In this document: one piece after another, positions 58,256 to 62,855 of the stretch | How positions within the stretch are numbered: position 1 is the first letter of the stretch | Layout: every line of letters starts with the position of its first letter | The notes under the pieces: model-generated | Told to the model about the DNA's origin: nothing | What the model saw: the letters and a program-made list of their open reading frames with translations, nothing else | Databases searched by the model: none | Position numbers and translations under genes: made by a program | Assembly (NCBI RefSeq): GCF_004010195.1 | Contig: NC_057728.1 | Coordinates: 42,385,024 to 42,447,878 of the forward strand | Direction: 5' to 3' | From: Chiloscyllium plagiosum | Taxonomy: Eukaryota | Length of the DNA stretch: 62,855 nucleotides

Positions 58256-58774
58256 CCTAATGGTATTATCACTAGATGCTGTTTTTTTTCAGCTGGTGCA
58301 TCTCCATGCGATACACAAGACAAATTGCAAAGTAAATTCTCCATTGGTTTGACGTCAGAACAAACACATTTTTTCCCTAATATCAATTTTAAGCAACTTA
58401 TTTACGAGATTCTGACTAGGAGGTTGAACACTTCAGTTGTCCCCTTCTGGCACAACCAAAAACTGACTGATTTTTATGGATTGTTCTTCCTTTCTGTGTC
58501 ATTGGTCCACTGTCACTAGGCAACAATACAATTTGTTTTGACCTTCAACATATTTTAATGCACTCAGCTATTAATCCATCAGTTCTATGTCAACACTGTA
58601 AAACCTCATTAAAAGGCATATGAAAAATAAACAGGCTTCTACTCTTCCAGTATCTCAGCCCAGAGTTCACTAAGAAAACTCTAAAATGACAAAACGTTTC
58701 CCCCTTCTCATGCTCTCCAAAAAATTAAGATATAAAATTAAACAAACCTTGTACTTTGACCTTAACAATACAAA

Positions 58775-59035
58775 TCAGAATCATAGAATGAAAGCAGGCC
58801 ATTTGAGTCCATATCAATGCTTTAAAAAGCATCCCATCCAGACGCACATCATTCCCACATTTGTCATGGTTAAATCACCAAGCCTGCACATCTTTGGACT
58901 GAAGGAGGAAACGAGCACCTAGAGAAATCCCACACAGGTAACATGCAAACTCTGCACAGATAATCACCCAAGAATGAAATTGAACCAATGTCCCTGGTCC
59001 TGTGAGGCAGCAGTGCTAACCACTGTGCCACCACA
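58775..59035 (-). mobile_element. Diverged HE1-type V-SINE
   Basis: Reverse complement of GTGGTGGCACAGTGGTTAGCACTGCTGCCTCACAG. Confidence 0.8.
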
Positions 59036-60299
59036 GAAAGGAATAAAAGATTGGTCTGATAGATAATGTAGGCTAGGAGAATGCTTGCGCAGAGCATCAA
59101 CAACAGTATGGACCATATTACTATGCTATAAATTCCACGTAATATATAAATCAAAAAACAACATTGTATTATTTGCTAATTTATATCATGATCAAACTAT
59201 TGTTCCAACAACTCTGAGATCCACATAGAAATGAATTATACAAACAAACCGAGAGATATATATCATCTTTTCAGGCTCTTAATACCTGGGAGAAGAACAA
59301 CACTGCAGGAAGAAACTACTTGTAGATGCATAGCTTCCAACCTATAATATTATACTTCAATATGTCCCAAACACAGTTCATTTATGACTATATAGTGTGC
59401 ACATCGCTTGCAGGGGCATATCCTTTCTTGAGATATATGTAGACTTGAAACATCTTTGTCAATGCAGCCTTAAATCACAGGTTGTAATTCATACATATTT
59501 GCGCAAGAGGGTACTGGTGAGCTAGCTGGTCAGTTGTGTCAGCCATCCAACCATATCTCTTTCCATTTGCTTTTCGTTGCTCTGGAGCTCATTTTCTTCC
59601 TGTCAGATATCTCTTAACTGTAATTTTTTAAAATGCAGGTTGTAAAATACAAAACATAAGTTAGAAAATATAATAGAATGTAATTAAATTGATGGTTGCA
59701 TATATTCAGCCATAACAAGGTTTTGCAGCTATTTCTAAATTTTAAATATGCAATCAATTTGGATAAAGTTGAAAAAGGTACTTCACTTCTGGTCACTGGA
59801 CTCGAAACTTTAACTTGGCTTTCTCTTCACAGGAAACTGCTCTCTCTCCACAGGTGCTTTCAGACCTGTTGAGTTTTTACAGTAATTTCTGTTCAAACTT
59901 CATCTTGGACTCTATATTTCATGACACTCAAAAAACAAAACTGATTTGTGATGGATTACTTGTGAAGAGTTCCCTGGATAACAAAGGAGACAGAGATGAA
60001 AATGAAATACAGAAAGTTTGCATTTGTCACGTTCATTATACAACAGAGAACCAGACTGGGTAGAGAGTTCATGGGGAAAGGGAACGAAACAACGAAAAAA
60101 GAATGAAAAGAGATTATTAGTGAAAATAAGAAAAAAATTAAAAAGTCTTCTGTAAACAAATATGCAGAAAAAGGGTTGTGAAAGGAATAGGACAAATTAG
60201 GGACCAAAAAGAAGATATTTGCATGGAGGCAGACGGCATAGCAAATTACTAATTGGTTACTTTGCCAATGAAGATGCTGCTGCACAGTCACAGGAAAAG

Positions 60300-62474
60300 A
60301 GTCAAAGAGAAAGTAGTTGAGATACTGGATGGGCTTAAAATTGACGAAGAGAACATATGGGAAAAGTTAACACAATTAAAGTTGATTAGTTGCCAGGGCC
60401 AGTTTTGATGCATCAGAAAATCCAAAAAGAAGTAGGATGGAAATTGTGAAGGCACTAAGCATAATCCAATCTTCCTTAGATACAGGATGGTCCCAGAGGA
60501 CTGGAAATTGTAAGTAGTACATTCTTGTTCATGTGGCAGACTAAAATTTATGCAGAGAAATGCAAACTATTACATTTTTGCACAAAAGGTGTGGAAAGGC
60601 AATTTAAAATAAAGGACACAGCTCTTGAGGCATTGCAGGAACAGAGGGTGCCAGAGTATCTGCACATAAATGTTTGAAGATGGAAAGACAGGTTGAGAAA
60701 TTGGTTAATAAGCCATATTGGATCCAAGGCTTTATGACTAGAGGCATTGAGTATAAAAGCAAGGAAGTTATGGGGAATATTTGTTTGAGTATTGTGTTCA
60801 GTTCTGAACATGCACTTTAGGAAGATTGTGAACACAGTGCACAATACTTTCAAGCTTTTTATCATCAATGGGCTGAGGAGTGGCAGGTGGAGTTTATTAG
60901 TAAGTTTGCAGATGACACTAAAATTGGAGGTGTAGTGGACAGCGAAGAGGGTTACCTCAGATTACAACAGGATCTGGACCAGATGGGCCAATGGGTTGAG
61001 AAGTGGCAGATGGAGTTTAATTCAGATAAATGTGAGGTGGAAAGCAAATCTTAGCAGGACTTGTGCACTTATGGTAAGGTCCTAGGGAGTGTTGCTGAAC
61101 AAAGAGACCTTGGAGTGCAGGTTCATAGCTCCTTGAAAGTGGGGTCTCAGGTAGATAGGATAGTGAAGAAAGTGTTTAGTATGCTTTCCTTTATTGGTCA
61201 GAGTATTGAGTACAGGAGTTGGGAGGTCATGTTGCGGCTGTACAGGACATTGGTTAGACCACTGTTGGAATATTGCTTGCACTTCTGATCTTCCTATTGG
61301 AAAGATGTTGTGAAACTTGAAAGGGTTCAGAAATTATTTAGAAGGATATTGCCAGGGTTGGAGGATTTGAGCTATAGGGAGGCTGAACAGGATGGAGCTG
61401 TTTTCCTTGGAGCATCAGAGGCTGAGAGGTGACCTTATAGAAGTTCATAAAATCATGCGGGGCATGGATAGGTTAAATAGACAAAGTCTTTTCCCTGGGG
61501 TGGGGGAGTCCAGAATTAGAGGGCATAGGTGTAGGGTGAGAGGGGAAAGATATAAAAGAGACCTAAGGGGCAACTTTTTCACACAGAGGTAGTATGTGTA
61601 TGGAATGAGCTGCTAGAGGAAGTGGTAGAGGCTGGTACAATTGCAACATTTAAAAGGCATTTGGGTGGATATATGAATAGGAAGAGTTTGGAGGGATATG
61701 GGCCGAGGACTGGCACGTGGGACTAGATTGGGTTGGAATAACTGGTCGGCATGAACGGGTTGGACCGAAGGGTCTGTTTCTGTGCTGTACATCTCTATGA
61801 CTCTATGATTGTGGGGTACAAGGTAATGAGAGGCATAGATAGAGTAGATAGCCAGAGACCTTTCCCCAGCTTGTAAGAAGGCCTATGGTGTATTAGCGTT
61901 CATTAGCAGAGGGATTGAATTCAAGAGTCGTGAAGTGATGTTGCAACTGTACAGGACTTTGGTTAGGCCACATTTGGAGTACTGTGTGCAGTTCTGATCG
62001 CTTCACTTTAGGAAAGATGTGGAAGCTTTGGAGAGGGTGCAGAGAAGATTTACCAGGATGTTGCCTGGAATGGAGAATAGGTCGTACGAGGATAGGTTGA
62101 GAGTGCTAGGCCTTTTCTCGTTGGAACGGCGAAGGATGAGGGGTGACTTGATAGAGGTTTATAAGATGATCAGAGGAATAGATAGAATAGACAGTCAGAA
62201 ACTTTTTCCCCGGGTACAACAGAGTGTTACAAGGGGACATAAATTTAACGTGAAGGGTGGTAGGTATAGGGGAGATGTCAGGGGTGGGTTCTTTACCCAG
62301 AGAGTGGTGGGGGCATGGAATGCCTGTGGGAGTGGTAGAGTCAGAATCTTTGATGACCTTTAAGCGGCAATTGGATAGGTACATGGATGGGTGCTTAAGC
62401 TAGGACAAATGTTCGGCACAACATCGTGGGCCGAAGGGCCTGTTCTGTGCTGTATTGTTCTATGTTCTATGTTC
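60300..62474 (+). mobile_element. Cluster of CR1 LINE fragments (old ~60300-60860; ~60870-61810 with KFADDTK; ~61810-62474)
   Basis: SKFADDTKIGG RT motif; two separate 3' tails (CTCTATGA, TTCTATG). Confidence 0.88.
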
Positions 62475-62855
62475 AGCTACGGGGCAGTTGGGTTGGTTGG
62501 TGCAGATGTCCTAGAGGTGTTCCCTGAAATGTTCCGCAAGTAGGCGGCCTGTCTCTCCAATGTAGAGGAGACCACATCGGGTGCAGCGGATACAGTAAAT
62601 GGTGTGCAGGTGAATTTGCGACGGATATAGAAGGATTCATTGGGGCCTTGGAGGGTGGTGTGGGCGCAGGTTTTGCACTTCTTGCGATTGCAGGGGAAGG
62701 TGCTGGGAGTGGAGGTTGGGTTGGTGGGGGGTGTGGACTTGACAAGGGAGTCGTGGAGGGAGTGGTCTCTCCTGAATGCTGATAGGGGTGGAGAGGGAAA
62801 TATATCCCTGGTGGTGGGGTCTGTCTGGAGGTGGCGGAAATGACGGAGGATGATA
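62475..62855 (-). mobile_element. Neptune-type Penelope element (Cys-rich linker + GIY-YIG), runs off the window edge
   Basis: - strand frames read PSTFPCNRKKCKTCAH and IYCIRCTRCGLLYIGETGR. Confidence 0.82.

Noticed and set aside
59250..59620. Possible terminal exons of a convergent - strand gene (acceptor-like TTCTTCTCCCAG, purine-rich stretch)
   Set aside because: Frames close within a few codons and match no protein I recognise.

Overview
Repeat-rich vertebrate genomic DNA, almost certainly from an elasmobranch (shark), judging by HE1-type V-SINEs and HER1/CR1-type LINE tails. Two intact host genes lie on the + strand. GNS (N-acetylglucosamine-6-sulfatase) has 14 coding exons at 16019-33777, all GT-AG, giving 532 aa. 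RPS16 has a TCT/5'TOP start, a non-coding exon 1 and 5 coding exons at 46105-55719, giving 146 aa. The rest is mostly decayed mobile DNA: many CR1 fragments, a full-length but broken L1 with TSD, a Tx1 fragment, a Gmr1-type Gypsy (integrase before RT) with its 3' LTR, a solo LTR, Penelope-like elements, tRNA-derived SINEs and a TA-flanked MITE. The most striking unexplained structure is a recurrent ~160-220 bp fold-back element. It carries a minimal hammerhead-ribozyme core (CTGAnGA-stem II-GAAA-nn-TH) and is flanked by 13-16 bp target-site duplications; three copies share the same inversion junction. Also notable are a near-perfect 179 bp inverted duplication inside an old CR1 and an assembly gap whose flanks overlap. 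All calls are by eye, without database searches.
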